Source of the DNA: Spirochaetota bacterium
GTDB taxonomy: Bacteria > Spirochaetota > UBA4802 > UBA5550
Assembly (NCBI GenBank): GCA_963663865.1
Contig: OY760686.1
Coordinates: forward strand, 2,080,001 to 2,144,000
Reading direction: 5' to 3'
Length of the DNA stretch: 64,000 nucleotides
Position 1 is the stretch's first letter. Each line of letters starts with the position of its first letter. Positions 21,700 through 31,980 of the stretch are shown here, one piece after another. The position numbers were made by a program, and so were the translations under genes. The notes below the pieces were generated by a model. That model did not search any database. It saw only the letters and a program-made list of their open reading frames with translations, and had not been told where the DNA came from.

Positions 21700-21727
21700 A
21701 TATCGGCGGATAGTAACTTTATATTTA
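21700..21727 (-). promoter_or_regulatory. Candidate sigma-28 promoter
   Basis: Minus strand TAAA-N16-GCCGATAT upstream of the 21645 gene; spacer 1 nt longer than consensus. Confidence 0.35.
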
Positions 21728-21760
21728 TCGTTATGCCGTTAAACTCAGGACTAAAACCGG

Positions 21761-22960
21761 TCACCTCTGGTTCTGAATCTCGTTCTCCAGAATAATATTT
21801 TCGTTCATAAGTTGCTTTATCTCCTGAAGGTCATCAATCTTTTTATCTATGTTTCGGTAATATGGGTCATAATCACGGGCCGTCTTAAATTCTCTAAGCG
21901 CAGTATCCAGATCATTCGCAACAAAAAATCTTATTCCATTGCGGTAATGCCTTTCTGCCGCAACTCTGTCTTCGTATGTGATGACTTTCGGGATAAGCTT
22001 AAAAGTCAGATTTATTGAATAGTTTGGACCGAATATGCCGGCATCTTCGTAAGAGGTGTCAAAGCTGAAAGCCACGTTTTTTATCGCATAGTTAAAGCCC
22101 ATACCAGCCGAATACGAACCGCCGTCATTTATTCTGTATCCGCATCTCAATGCAATGAGATCAAGATAGGTAACCTCCAATCCGAACTTTACCCTGAGGC
22201 TTTCATCAAATCCATATGTGAAATCATACAGGTCCGAAAAATCGATGAGACTCTCGGAAACGTCAGTATTGAACGATAACCAGTGCGTCAGCTTATATGA
22301 AAGCCCAAGATTTATTCGTCTGGGAAGCGGATCATCGCCTGCGCCTGTACCAAGATTCAGCACACTTAATCCGAGATGGAAATTCCTTACCGGCGCCTCA
22401 AAAGGAGAATACAGATACATCCCCTTCAGAACACCAAGATCGATTGCCGCAGAATTGACAAACATTGAATCAATCTTCTGATATATGTATTTGATTGATG
22501 CTCCAGCGTACATAAACTCAAAATCGTATCCGTACCCGGCAGTAAAGGCTCCATTCATGAATGTTACATCCCCGGCGGAATTTCCGTTTATGTCAACGCG
22601 CTCAAATGGTGGAACCCAGAATACTGAGTTTGAAGCGGCCAAATAACCTCCCATTAGAGGATATGCCGCGCTAATGCTCTCAAACCTGGAATCTGTTATC
22701 AACTCTTGATGCTGAAGAGACAGCACCGGGAACTGAATGGAACCCAATCCCGCGGGATTGTAGTATAAAACGCTCAAATCGTTGGTTTGCGCGGTAAACG
22801 CTCCCCCCATAGCAAGAGCCCGTGCTCCAACCCCGAGATCAAGGAAATCAGCTCCCGAAACTCCGGCAGTACCCGATGCCTCAAGCTTGCCGGATGACAA
22901 ATAGAAAAAAGCAACCAGCAAAGATATCATTAAAACGTATTTATTTTTCATCTGTTCCAA
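21761..22960 (-). CDS. PorV/UPF0164 (FadL-like) outer-membrane protein with C-terminal TPR
   Basis: FLDLGVGARALAMGGAF, YYNPAGL, AAIDLG; TPR-like HYRNGIRFF...ALREFKTARDYDP. Confidence 0.8.
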   Translation of the reverse strand: MEQMKNKYVLMISLLVAFFYLSSGKLEASGTAGVSGADFLDLGVGARALAMGGAFTAQTNDLSVLYYNPAGLGSIQFPVLSLQHQELITDSRFESISAAYPLMGGYLAASNSVFWVPPFERVDINGNSAGDVTFMNGAFTAGYGYDFEFMYAGASIKYIYQKIDSMFVNSAAIDLGVLKGMYLYSPFEAPVRNFHLGLSVLNLGTGAGDDPLPRRINLGLSYKLTHWLSFNTDVSESLIDFSDLYDFTYGFDESLRVKFGLEVTYLDLIALRCGYRINDGGSYSAGMGFNYAIKNVAFSFDTSYEDAGIFGPNYSINLTFKLIPKVITYEDRVAAERHYRNGIRFFVANDLDTALREFKTARDYDPYYRNIDKKIDDLQEIKQLMNENIILENEIQNQR

Positions 22961-23054
22961 ATCACAGCGGAATTTAGACCCGGTTCATCAAGGACATTAA
23001 TCGCATTCTTGTATTTGAATTTCTACACTCAACACTCTATAATGCAATGCTTTT

Positions 23055-24194
23055 TTATAAAAAAACCATTTCATACACCGCTCTTGATACAGCATCAGAA
23101 TGAATATTAAGCTGGTTTACCCTGAAACCGTCTCCGTAACCCCCCTTTTTAGAAAGCACTGCATCTACACACTGATGATGATCCTCAATTGATGAAAGAA
23201 AGAGGATTCTGCCAGGTCTAACCCTTATTGCCTGAATATTTTTAAAGTTTGATCTGACAAAAGATTTGAAATAATCAATGCCTGCAAGACTGGTCAGATC
23301 AGAATTATTTTCAATTGATATATCCAATCCTCTTGATAAGCCTGATTCAACAGCATGTCTGATAATCAGTTCATACTTGGAATAAATCTTTTCGGGGCTG
23401 TCTCCTGAGCAGGGATAAAATGAAGATAAATCAGAAACCCTGAGCAGATAGAGCGGCATAGCAGCTCTGCCCGCAAGCAGCTCTGACAACTCGTTCATTC
23501 CTGAAGAATTCTTTTTAAATATGAGAGCAAGTATCGGCGAATTAATACTGAGTTTCGTAGAAGAAAGACCGGGACTAATAACCTTAAACAGGGGATTCAA
23601 GATAGTGTCAAGCATCATAAATGCTACAGAAAATTCAGCATCCTGTTCAGAATAAAGCGTTGTGATTTCGTCAAAACCTGTAACTGTTATTCCGTTGTTT
23701 TCTCTTATTATTTTCGAAAGAAGTCCATCATGTATCCCGATTTGAAACGTTTCCGGTAATATATTTTGCCGAGATACAAAAGTCTGTAAGTATGATGCCG
23801 ATTTTAGATTATACCTAAAAACTGAAAACCCTGTTATTCCGACAGCCTCAAAAATTTCAGTCAAATCTTCAGATGGATCATAAACCGTATCTGCCTCTGA
23901 CGGCCGCAGTAAAAACGGATTAAAAGAATCAGCCCTCTGCCCTGACTCAACCGCCGATCTTGCTCTATAAAAAAGTCTGTGCATTTCCTCCAGAACTCTG
24001 CTGCCGTCGTTATGACTGTGCAAGTTCCTGTCACTATCAGGGATTTCTTTTTTTTCAACAGCCTGGCCATGCCCCGTCACCCTTCCAACGAGATTCCTGA
24101 GTTCGTCGTTAAACGTCCTTTTTCGAATCAGGTTAATCATACCTGCTTCCGAATTAAGTCCTGATATGTTTTCCATCAAGTTGTCTTTATCCAA
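23055..24194 (-). CDS. Hypothetical protein
   Basis: 379-aa ORF directly downstream of nadA; no confident motif. Confidence 0.6.
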   Translation of the reverse strand: MDKDNLMENISGLNSEAGMINLIRKRTFNDELRNLVGRVTGHGQAVEKKEIPDSDRNLHSHNDGSRVLEEMHRLFYRARSAVESGQRADSFNPFLLRPSEADTVYDPSEDLTEIFEAVGITGFSVFRYNLKSASYLQTFVSRQNILPETFQIGIHDGLLSKIIRENNGITVTGFDEITTLYSEQDAEFSVAFMMLDTILNPLFKVISPGLSSTKLSINSPILALIFKKNSSGMNELSELLAGRAAMPLYLLRVSDLSSFYPCSGDSPEKIYSKYELIIRHAVESGLSRGLDISIENNSDLTSLAGIDYFKSFVRSNFKNIQAIRVRPGRILFLSSIEDHHQCVDAVLSKKGGYGDGFRVNQLNIHSDAVSRAVYEMVFL

Positions 24195-24204
24195 AATCTA
24201 TTCC

Positions 24205-25110
24205 TTAGTATGAGAGTTCAAGCATCCGCTGTAGCGCCATTCCGGCCCTCCGGGCTATTTCTTGAGGAACAGTGATAACCGGGATTTCATTCAGCAATGT
24301 ATCATAAAGCTTGCTCAACGTAATCTTTTTCATGTTAGGACATACGAAATCTTTCGAAGCAGGAATATAATTAATATGCCCGGCCACCATTTTGAGGCGG
24401 TGAATCATATCTTTTTCAGTGCCTATTATTATACTTATTGCGTCTGTTTTCTGAACAAAATCCACCATCTCTCCGGTTGATAAAACTTCATCAGCCATGT
24501 CAACTACCTCAGGCCTGCATTCAGGATGTACAACAACAAGTGCACCAGGATTATCCGCTTTTACTTTTTCAAGATCTACGGCAGAAAAGCGTTCATGTGT
24601 CGGACAAAAACCTTTCCACAGTATAATCTCCTTGTCGGTATGTTTGCTTACGAAATTTCCCAGATTTTTGTCAGGAAGGAAAATTATCCTGTCAGACTCA
24701 ACCCTCTGAACAATTCTAACAGCGTTTGATGATGTACATATAACGTCAGACTCAGCCTTTACCTCCGCAGAAGAGTTTATATAAGTAACTACAGCCGCGT
24801 CCGGATAATCCTTTTTCAGCTGTATAACATCCTCAGCTGTTATCATATCAGCCATCGGACATCCAGCTTCAATATCAGGAAGCAGGACTTTTTTTTGCGG
24901 TGAAAGCATTGAAGCTGACTCTGCCATAAAATGTACACCGCAGAAAACGATTATATCAGCGTCATTAGAGGCCGCTTTTCTTGAAAGTTCCAGAGAATCC
25001 CCACAGAGATGCGCTATTTCCTGTATCTCTCCAGGCTGGTAATTATGGGCAATAATAAGCGCATTTTTTTCAGCTGCGATTCTGGATATATTTTCTTTTA
25101 TTTTTTCCAT
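24205..25110 (-). CDS. nadA: Quinolinate synthase
   Basis: AHNYQ, GDSL, FCGVHFMAE, GCPMA, YINS, CTSSNA, HPEC, CPNMK. Confidence 0.97.
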   Translation of the reverse strand: MEKIKENISRIAAEKNALIIAHNYQPGEIQEIAHLCGDSLELSRKAASNDADIIVFCGVHFMAESASMLSPQKKVLLPDIEAGCPMADMITAEDVIQLKKDYPDAAVVTYINSSAEVKAESDVICTSSNAVRIVQRVESDRIIFLPDKNLGNFVSKHTDKEIILWKGFCPTHERFSAVDLEKVKADNPGALVVVHPECRPEVVDMADEVLSTGEMVDFVQKTDAISIIIGTEKDMIHRLKMVAGHINYIPASKDFVCPNMKKITLSKLYDTLLNEIPVITVPQEIARRAGMALQRMLELSY

Positions 25111-25306
25111 GATAATATTTTCTCCAATTCATATTAAGTCAATTTCTTAGCCTATCCAATAGACTGTAAAGAAAAAATCCGGGATAGTCAATAATGTATC
25201 AGATTGCGTGCCAACTACTTCAAAAAAATCCATCTCTGGAAATATTTTTTGTTGACACAGAAGCAGCCGATCAGTATGTATCTATTTATTGACGATATGA
25301 ATATAT

Positions 25307-25379
25307 TCCCCTGTAGCTCAGTTGGTAGAGCAAATGGCTGTTAACCATTGGGTCGTAGGTTCGAGTCCTACCGGGGGAG
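25307..25379 (+). tRNA. tRNA-Asn (GTT)
   Basis: TCCCCTG/CGGGGGA acceptor stem; AATGG-CT-GTT-AA-CCATT anticodon arm; TTCGAGT T-loop; no encoded CCA. Confidence 0.97.
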
Positions 25380-25440
25380 CATAGTTCAATTTATAAAGTT
25401 GACTTTTTTGGTCTGCCCCTCACCTCCAAGAAGGGGCTAT

Positions 25441-25478
25441 AGAAAAGGGTTTCAGATTGATCTGGAGCCCTTTTCTTG
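25441..25478 (+). terminator. Intrinsic terminator after tRNA-Asn
   Basis: agaaaagggtttcaga-ttga-tctggagcccttttct hairpin. Confidence 0.65.
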
Positions 25479-25706
25479 TACACCACGGCTTTTCACCATT
25501 GCCCCCCCTTTTTTATCAATTCCACTACTTCAGAAACTCAACATTGAACTGTTATATTTTGTTGAAAGCACTTGACAAAAACCTTACCCGAAAAAAATAA
25601 TATTACATGAATCATAAAAACACATCTGACCTTCCCCCTCCATACTCCTGATGCAGTCATAAGATATTCCCAACTTAATACAATAACGCTTAAACGGAGA
25701 CAAGTA

Positions 25707-26528
25707 ATGGATTTAGATTTTTTTATAGGGAAAAACCAGGTTATTGAAGTAAGCGAAAATGAAAAGCAGGCTGTGATTAGAGAGATGATAGAAAAGCTCA
25801 ACAGCCTGTCCGTAATTGAGAACAAAGAAAGATATTATGCCCAGATAATACACAGAGAATCCCTTGAAAATACTTACCTCGGAAGCGGTTTTGCCATTCC
25901 TCATGCCAGAACCGATTCAGTAGGAAAATTTATTTCAATTCTCGGCATCCATCGAAAAGGTATTGATTACCACACAGAGGAAAGCTCGCCCGTACACTAT
26001 ATTCTTCTTACTCTTTTCCCGACACATATGAGCACATCGTATCTCTATCTGATAGGCATGATGGCTCGAATATTTTCATGTGAATCCAGAAAAAAACTCC
26101 TCGATTCAGCAAATTCCCCTCAAGCAGTACACGATATACTAAAAAAAGAAGCAGAGATGTACTTTAACTCCATATCTCAAAAAGAGATTATTCATTCTGA
26201 TGAACCCGAGACTCTAAGCGGAATGCCGTCGTCCGACCTGGATCTTTTAATCCGCCTGGACAGACTCTACAATATGTATGACAACAGCAGAGAACAGAAA
26301 GAATCCTTAACAAAGAAAATTGACGGGCTTAAAGCTTTAATCAACAATCGATCCCTGACATACTATGAAAGAATGAGAAAAAAAAGCTCCAATCCGTTCG
26401 CTATTGTTGACAAGACGAGCTGCAGCGGATGCCACATGGAGATACCTCCGGTATATCTAAAACAGATTAGCGACAGAAATGAGTTAACGGTTTGTTCTTA
26501 TTGCGGCCGCTTCCTCATTATGGTTTAA
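25707..26528 (+). CDS. PTS EIIA (Ntr/Fru-type) domain fused to a C4 zinc ribbon (CT398/HP0958-like)
   Basis: RESLENTYLGSGFAIPHAR (phospho-His); C-terminal YYERMRK...AIV...CSGCH...CSYCGRFL. Confidence 0.85.
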   Translation: MDLDFFIGKNQVIEVSENEKQAVIREMIEKLNSLSVIENKERYYAQIIHRESLENTYLGSGFAIPHARTDSVGKFISILGIHRKGIDYHTEESSPVHYILLTLFPTHMSTSYLYLIGMMARIFSCESRKKLLDSANSPQAVHDILKKEAEMYFNSISQKEIIHSDEPETLSGMPSSDLDLLIRLDRLYNMYDNSREQKESLTKKIDGLKALINNRSLTYYERMRKKSSNPFAIVDKTSCSGCHMEIPPVYLKQISDRNELTVCSYCGRFLIMV

Positions 26529-26543
26529 ATCATGAATTAAACA

Positions 26544-26581
26544 AGATAAAGAGGGCCTGCTCGATTCAGACCTCTTTATCT
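26544..26581. terminator. Hairpin between convergent genes
   Basis: agataaagagg ... cctctttatct. Confidence 0.6.
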
Positions 26582-26599
26582 CATAATTAAGATTACCAG

Positions 26600-27349
26600 T
26601 TATTTTTTTACTGTAAAAGCTGACATAATATCAATGGGTATAGGGAAGAGCGTAGTTGAGTTGTTTTCCGAGGCAACCTCCCGCAGTGTCTGCAAATACC
26701 TCAGCTGAACTGAAACCGGATGTTCTTCCATCATCTTAGCTGCCTCGACCATCTTTTCGGCAGCCTGGAACTCGCCTTCAGCATTGATCACCTTCGCCCT
26801 TCTTTCCCTCTCTGCTTCAGCCTGCTTGGCCATTGCTCTCTGCATTTCCTGAGGAAGATCGACATGTTTCACCTCAACCGCCGATACCTTGATTCCCCAC
26901 GCGTCTGTTTGAACATCAAGGACGTTCTGAAGTTCGGAGTTTATCTTTTCCCTGTGACCCAAAAGATCATCAAGCTCGACCATTCCCAATATACTTCTCA
27001 GCGTAGTCTGTGCCAGCTGAGAGGTAGCATAAAGATAATCGTCCACCTCGGTAATCGCTCTATTCGGGTCAACTACGCGAAAGTACAAAACGGCATTCAC
27101 CTTCACTGAAACATTGTCTTTCGTGATAATATCCTGCGGAGGAACATCCATCGCAATAAGCCTTAAATTCACCCTCTCCCATTTATCAATCAGCGGAATA
27201 ATTACAATTATTCCTGGCCCCTTGGACTTTTTGAGAAGCCTACCAAGTCTGAATACAACCGCCCTTTCGTACTCCTTTACAATCTTAACTGAAAGCAAAA
27301 CAAGTATTACAGCAAGAATAACCAGTGTCGGCACAAATCCCAGTGTCAT
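26600..27349 (-). CDS. Slipin / stomatin-like SPFH protein
   Basis: [51 protein letters not shown]. Confidence 0.95.
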   Translation of the reverse strand: MTLGFVPTLVILAVILVLLSVKIVKEYERAVVFRLGRLLKKSKGPGIIVIIPLIDKWERVNLRLIAMDVPPQDIITKDNVSVKVNAVLYFRVVDPNRAITEVDDYLYATSQLAQTTLRSILGMVELDDLLGHREKINSELQNVLDVQTDAWGIKVSAVEVKHVDLPQEMQRAMAKQAEAERERRAKVINAEGEFQAAEKMVEAAKMMEEHPVSVQLRYLQTLREVASENNSTTLFPIPIDIMSAFTVKK

Positions 27350-27395
27350 AATCCCCTCCAGAGTTATAAATATAATATTGGATTGCTAAATCCAT

Positions 27396-28736
27396 TCACT
27401 TCCTGTTCACAACAAGCAACATCCCCCTTACTTCCTTGACTGTTAGCGGATCGCCTTTTTTAATACCAATTTCATCAGATTCTGCGTTCCATATTTCACC
27501 ATGAACAGATACCTTCCCCCTCCTGTCTGAAAAGTCAAGATATGCGGAGCATTCAGAGTTAACCATTCCCTCAGCTCCGGTCGAAACCTGCTCTTTATGC
27601 GCCTTTATACCGAGCCTGAGCACCAGAAAAACAAAAGCAAGAATAAATATCACAGCCGCAACTATCGACTCCAACGGGAGCCTCCCTCCGGCAAGCGGTG
27701 AATCAAAAAGAATCATTGAGCCAATTACAAATGCCACAACACCTCCCAGGGTCAAAAGCCCATAGCTGATAAACTGCACTTCAAGCACGAATAGAACAAT
27801 TGCAAGGAGGATAAGAAGAACGCCAAAAGCATTAACAGGCATAAACCTTGATGCAAGGAGAAATAAAAGCAACGATATTCCCCCCAGCGCACCCGGAACA
27901 ATCATTCCCGGGTTCTTTAGCTCCATCCATATCCCGGCGACAGCTATTATTAAAAGGAAGAATATTACCTGAGGATCAGCAAACCTGTTCAGGAAACGAT
28001 CCTTCCAGTCCATAGCAATAAACTCGGCTTCCAGAGAAGAAGTACTAAGTGTGATGCTCCTTTTCCCGATGTTGACTTTACGACCGTCAAGTTTTCTTAA
28101 TAAATCGCTCATGTCGTCTGCAATCAAATCGACAACACCGAGAGACAGGGCTTCCGAGTTTGTATTCGATACCGCTTTTCGAACAGCTTTTTCTGCCCAT
28201 AAGACATTTCTACCCTGCTTTTCAGCAAGGCTTCTGGCGTAGGCAACCGTATCGTTAAGGACCTTCTTTTCCATTGCGCCTTCCGGATCACCGTCCCTGT
28301 CTTTTTTCATAAAATCCAGCGATGGTGATACGGGATGCATCGCACCGATTTCTGTCCCGGGAGCCATTACCGCCACATGAGCAGATAGCATAATAAAAGC
28401 ACCAGCTGAGGCAGCCCTCGCGCCTTTTGGATAGGTATAAACTACAACAGGAACATCTGATGAAAGTATAGCCTTAATTATATCTCTCATCGGCTCCATC
28501 ATCCCGCCGGGGGTATCAAGCTGCAAAACGGTAAATTGAGCTCCACCCTTTGCAGCGTTATTGATGGCTTTTACAGCGTAGTCCGCCGATACTGCGTTAA
28601 CTGATCCGGTCAGATTTAAAACAGCATAGTGTTCTTTTCTATTAGTTTCTTCATCAGCAGACACCTTGCCTGAAATCATAAGAAATACGGAGCCTGATAA
28701 TAGTACAAAAATAAAAACAAATCTTCTAAATTTCAT
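27396..28736 (-). CDS. nfeD: NfeD long form (ClpP-like protease + TM + OB)
   Basis: LDTPGG, AASAG, GTEIGAMHPV, EKK, TM region, GEIWNA OB domain; paired with the slipin gene. Confidence 0.93.
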   Translation of the reverse strand: MKFRRFVFIFVLLSGSVFLMISGKVSADEETNRKEHYAVLNLTGSVNAVSADYAVKAINNAAKGGAQFTVLQLDTPGGMMEPMRDIIKAILSSDVPVVVYTYPKGARAASAGAFIMLSAHVAVMAPGTEIGAMHPVSPSLDFMKKDRDGDPEGAMEKKVLNDTVAYARSLAEKQGRNVLWAEKAVRKAVSNTNSEALSLGVVDLIADDMSDLLRKLDGRKVNIGKRSITLSTSSLEAEFIAMDWKDRFLNRFADPQVIFFLLIIAVAGIWMELKNPGMIVPGALGGISLLLFLLASRFMPVNAFGVLLILLAIVLFVLEVQFISYGLLTLGGVVAFVIGSMILFDSPLAGGRLPLESIVAAVIFILAFVFLVLRLGIKAHKEQVSTGAEGMVNSECSAYLDFSDRRGKVSVHGEIWNAESDEIGIKKGDPLTVKEVRGMLLVVNRK

Positions 28737-28757
28737 AATCTACCCACCAGAAAAGCA

Positions 28758-30182
28758 TTAACTGCCACATGGAATCCCTTCGACCGAACGGGACGAGCTC
28801 AGTCTTTCTTTTAGCCTGTCGTAAATACCATCGAATCCGCCATTTGACATTATGAGATATACTGATTTAACTCTTCTACAGTTGAGAGTCGTTAAACTAT
28901 CTATAATTGGATTGATATCGTCATATATTGAAGCTTCAATCCCCATACTGTTTATATCAGAAGCAACTTTCTCAATGTCGAGCCTTTCATCCTCTGGGAT
29001 TGAATTAATGCCATAAGGCGTCTTAAGAATTACCCTGGCCGCATCCGCAAAGGATGAGGGCAAATCATTTTGAAAAACCTTTCTTCGGCTTGTCGCAGAA
29101 CGGGGCTCATAGACAGCAGTAATCTCTGACTCAGGATACCTCTTTGCCACGGCGCTCATTACAGCTTTGATGGCAGTAGGATGATGCGCAAAGTCCTCCA
29201 GAACAGTCAGATACTCATCGTGAAATATTACTTCCTGCCTGCGCCTTACTCCCTTGAATTCAGAAACGGCTTGCGCAGCCAATTCGGGCCTGACACCCAT
29301 CTGAAGCGCCATTCCAACAGCCGCGGCAATATTTGAGTAATTGTATTCGCCATGCAATGTTGTCCTGAGTTGAAGCCTGCCGTGCGATTTTGTTTGCATC
29401 TCTAAAAGAGACCACATGCCTTCAAAACACTGAAACGTGATCTCAAAATCAGTTGAACTGTTTCCGTAAGAATAGACCGGCCCAACCGCGGCAGAAGCTA
29501 CATCCTCAAGATTATGATCTTGACCGGAATAGACAATTTCACCTGCGGATGGTATTACATTAACAAGCCATTTGAACCACTTTTTTATCTCCGCCAAACT
29601 CCCGTAGATATCGGCATGATCGAATTCAAGAGAAGTCATAACCAGGTGCCTCGGTCTGTAGGAAATAAACTTTGGATACTTTTCAAAGAACGCAGAATCG
29701 TATTCGTCCGCTTCTATTACAAAATGACGTCCTTTCCCCAGGCGATAATTTGCTCCGTAATTAGATAAGACAGCCCCGACAAAAAAAGAAGGATCTTCGC
29801 CTGCATAATCAAGAATAAATGACAGTAGTGCTGCAGTTGTAGACTTTCCGTGAGTACCGCAAACGGCGACAACCTCGCGGCCTTCCAAAAAAAACTCCCT
29901 CATCATAGCCGCAAAAGATCTGTATGGTATATTATTGTTCAGAATATACTCAACCTCAGGGTTTCCTCGACTGACCGCATTACCAATAACTGCGATGTCC
30001 GGGCTGCCAACATTCTCAGGGGAGAATCCTGTGTAAACAGCGATTCCGACTTCTTCCAAAAGAGTGCTCATGGGGGGATATATACCAGAATCGGAACCTG
30101 CTATTATATGTCCGCAATCCCTCAGCATACATGCAAGCGTTCCCATAGCAACACCACATATGCCTACTATGTGTATATTCAT
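28758..30182 (-). CDS. mpl: Murein tripeptide ligase Mpl (MurC-like)
   Basis: IHIVGICGVAM, YPPMS, GTHGKSTT, EADEYDSAFF, EFDHADIY, DFAHHPTA, MSNGGFDG; start moved to the ATG at 30182, which has an RBS. Confidence 0.92.
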   Translation of the reverse strand: MNIHIVGICGVAMGTLACMLRDCGHIIAGSDSGIYPPMSTLLEEVGIAVYTGFSPENVGSPDIAVIGNAVSRGNPEVEYILNNNIPYRSFAAMMREFFLEGREVVAVCGTHGKSTTAALLSFILDYAGEDPSFFVGAVLSNYGANYRLGKGRHFVIEADEYDSAFFEKYPKFISYRPRHLVMTSLEFDHADIYGSLAEIKKWFKWLVNVIPSAGEIVYSGQDHNLEDVASAAVGPVYSYGNSSTDFEITFQCFEGMWSLLEMQTKSHGRLQLRTTLHGEYNYSNIAAAVGMALQMGVRPELAAQAVSEFKGVRRRQEVIFHDEYLTVLEDFAHHPTAIKAVMSAVAKRYPESEITAVYEPRSATSRRKVFQNDLPSSFADAARVILKTPYGINSIPEDERLDIEKVASDINSMGIEASIYDDINPIIDSLTTLNCRRVKSVYLIMSNGGFDGIYDRLKERLSSSRSVEGIPCGS

Positions 30183-30193
30183 AACTCTCCCGC

Positions 30194-30559
30194 TCAGTTG
30201 GTATAACCCGACCATTTACCGCAATAGCCTGGTCTGAGAATTATGATTTTCTTCAAAGGATTGTCCTTTATCTTTAGAAATGTAACCTTAACCTTCTGAC
30301 AGAGAGATACCTTCAAAGACATGGGCTTTCCGCTCTTGTTTTCCACACGTGTAGATTCAAGAATTCTAAACTTCTTTTCTACAGCACCGCTTTTTATCTC
30401 AAGCTTGCTTTGATCAACATAGACCACTATCCCCTCAAATTCATCTTCCACCACTTCAGCATTCTGCGCATAGAGCCCGGAAAGCAGTGTAAAAAATAAA
30501 AGCAGCAGTGTAAAAATCATATTTTTTTTCACGACACACCCCTGTTTACAGTAATTCAA
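30194..30559 (-). CDS. Small exported OB-fold-like hypothetical protein
   Basis: Signal peptide ending LYA; beta-rich; true start probably about 30521-30532. Confidence 0.55.
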   Translation of the reverse strand: MNYCKQGCVVKKNMIFTLLLLFFTLLSGLYAQNAEVVEDEFEGIVVYVDQSKLEIKSGAVEKKFRILESTRVENKSGKPMSLKVSLCQKVKVTFLKIKDNPLKKIIILRPGYCGKWSGYTN

Positions 30560-30642
30560 AATATAATCATCTATCGATAATAACTGGAAAGTACCAGCGA
30601 TTATCTCTTAATTCTATTGACAACGCATGCAAGAACTTTACG

Positions 30643-31218
30643 GTGACCAGTTACATTTTAACACATATATGGAAAAATATCAAGGAGATTCTCACAATAA
30701 GCGTTATGATTATTTTTTCACTAATCACATCCCTTCTGATAAGCACTCACTCGATTCCATCTCTTCTTAATATCAATTGGGATGAAAGCTTTGAAGAGAT
30801 TAGAGTGAGGACGGAATCAAAACAAGGCTTTCATGTTTTCAAGCCGTCGGAGAAATCAGGATACAAAAACAGGATTTATGACCATGTAAAGGCTATATCC
30901 TCAGAATCAGCCAATTTATCAACCGTTATAGAATACGGACATAATCCATCAACAGACTGCCTTTTTATAAAAAAAAGACTCGTATCCGTTATGTATATCT
31001 GGAAAAAACAGAGTCTCAGTGATACTAACAGACTAAAAAAAGAAATTGAAAAAATTACGGGCAAACCTGTCTCCGATAAAACGAAAGCTTCCCATTACTC
31101 TTATGAAATAAAAGGCATGAAAGCTTTTCTCCAAATACGTCTCGATGGAAACGGGGGTTATACATGCAAATTCCAGGCCTACACAAACCGTCTGTTTAGA
31201 ATTTTAATGTTTGATTGA
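30643..31218 (+). CDS. Hypothetical exported protein
   Basis: N-terminal hydrophobic stretch; fills the gap before rpsT; start uncertain. Confidence 0.55.
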   Translation: MTSYILTHIWKNIKEILTISVMIIFSLITSLLISTHSIPSLLNINWDESFEEIRVRTESKQGFHVFKPSEKSGYKNRIYDHVKAISSESANLSTVIEYGHNPSTDCLFIKKRLVSVMYIWKKQSLSDTNRLKKEIEKITGKPVSDKTKASHYSYEIKGMKAFLQIRLDGNGGYTCKFQAYTNRLFRILMFD

Positions 31219-31341
31219 TAGATTTAGCTTTGGATTGAAAATTTATTTAATTTTCATTTTTGATCCTTAATTATTGTTGACAGTTTTCATATCTGATTAC
31301 ATATATCCATACATATCAACATAAAATAAAAGGTGCTCAAA

Positions 31342-31620
31342 TTGGCTAATATAGATTCACAGAAAAAAAGAATCCGACAAGATGAGAAGAGAAAAGCTAA
31401 CAATTCTCATGTACGTTCAACTCTTAGAACTGCCAGCAAGAAGGTTTTAAAGGCAATAGAATCAAAGGAAGAAACCAGCAAAGATATTTTGGTTCAATAT
31501 TTCAATTCCTATGTCAAGGCCATTGACACAGCAGCAAGAAAGGGTATTTTACATACAAATACTGCTGCGAGAAAAAAATCTCGACTCGCCAGAAAGATTA
31601 ATACCTATTCACAGGCTTAG
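31342..31620 (+). CDS. rpsT: 30S ribosomal protein S20
   Basis: ANIDSQKKRIRQ...RSTLRT...IDTAARKGILHTNTAARKKSRL; TTG start after AAGG. Confidence 0.96.
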   Translation: MANIDSQKKRIRQDEKRKANNSHVRSTLRTASKKVLKAIESKEETSKDILVQYFNSYVKAIDTAARKGILHTNTAARKKSRLARKINTYSQA

Positions 31621-31628
31621 GAGAGAGT

Positions 31629-31907
31629 TTGACAAAAACCGAGATCATTAATACCATCTCGTACAGGTATGGTATTAAAAAGTCTATAGTTCAGGAAATT
31701 ATCGATACTTTTCTTGACGAAATAAAAAGTAGTGTTGATAATGACGAAAGTGTTGAGATAAGATCATTCGGTACTTTTTACAAAGCGGAGAAAAAGGCTA
31801 GACGGATTCAATCTCCCATAGCCGGGAGAGAGATTGAAGTCGAACCGAGGTCAGTTTTAGCTTTTAAAGGTAGTAAATCTACTGTAAAAATAATAAAGGG
31901 CGCTTAG
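31629..31907 (+). CDS. HU/IHF family DNA-binding protein (Hbb-like)
   Basis: MTKTEII...VEIRSFGTF...KAR...P..G..IEV...AFK; follows rpsT; stop codon lies inside tRNA-Val. Confidence 0.9.
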   Translation: MTKTEIINTISYRYGIKKSIVQEIIDTFLDEIKSSVDNDESVEIRSFGTFYKAEKKARRIQSPIAGREIEVEPRSVLAFKGSKSTVKIIKGA

Positions 31908-31970
31908 CTCAGCTGGGAGAGCATCTGCCTTACAAGCAGAGGGTCGGCGGTTCGATCCCGTCAGCGCCCA
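31898..31970 (+). tRNA. tRNA-Val (TAC)
   Basis: GGGCGCT/AGCGCCC acceptor stem; TCTGC-CT-TAC-AA-GCAGA; TTCGATC. Confidence 0.97.
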
Positions 31971-31980
31971 AGAAACTTAT

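Noticed and set aside
25348-25825. ORFs 25348..25575 (+) and 25538..25825 (-)
   Set aside because: They overlap tRNA-Asn and its terminator, or the EIIA gene; no motifs.
26600-28736. NfeD-slipin pair as a novel system
   Set aside because: Well-known conserved operon.
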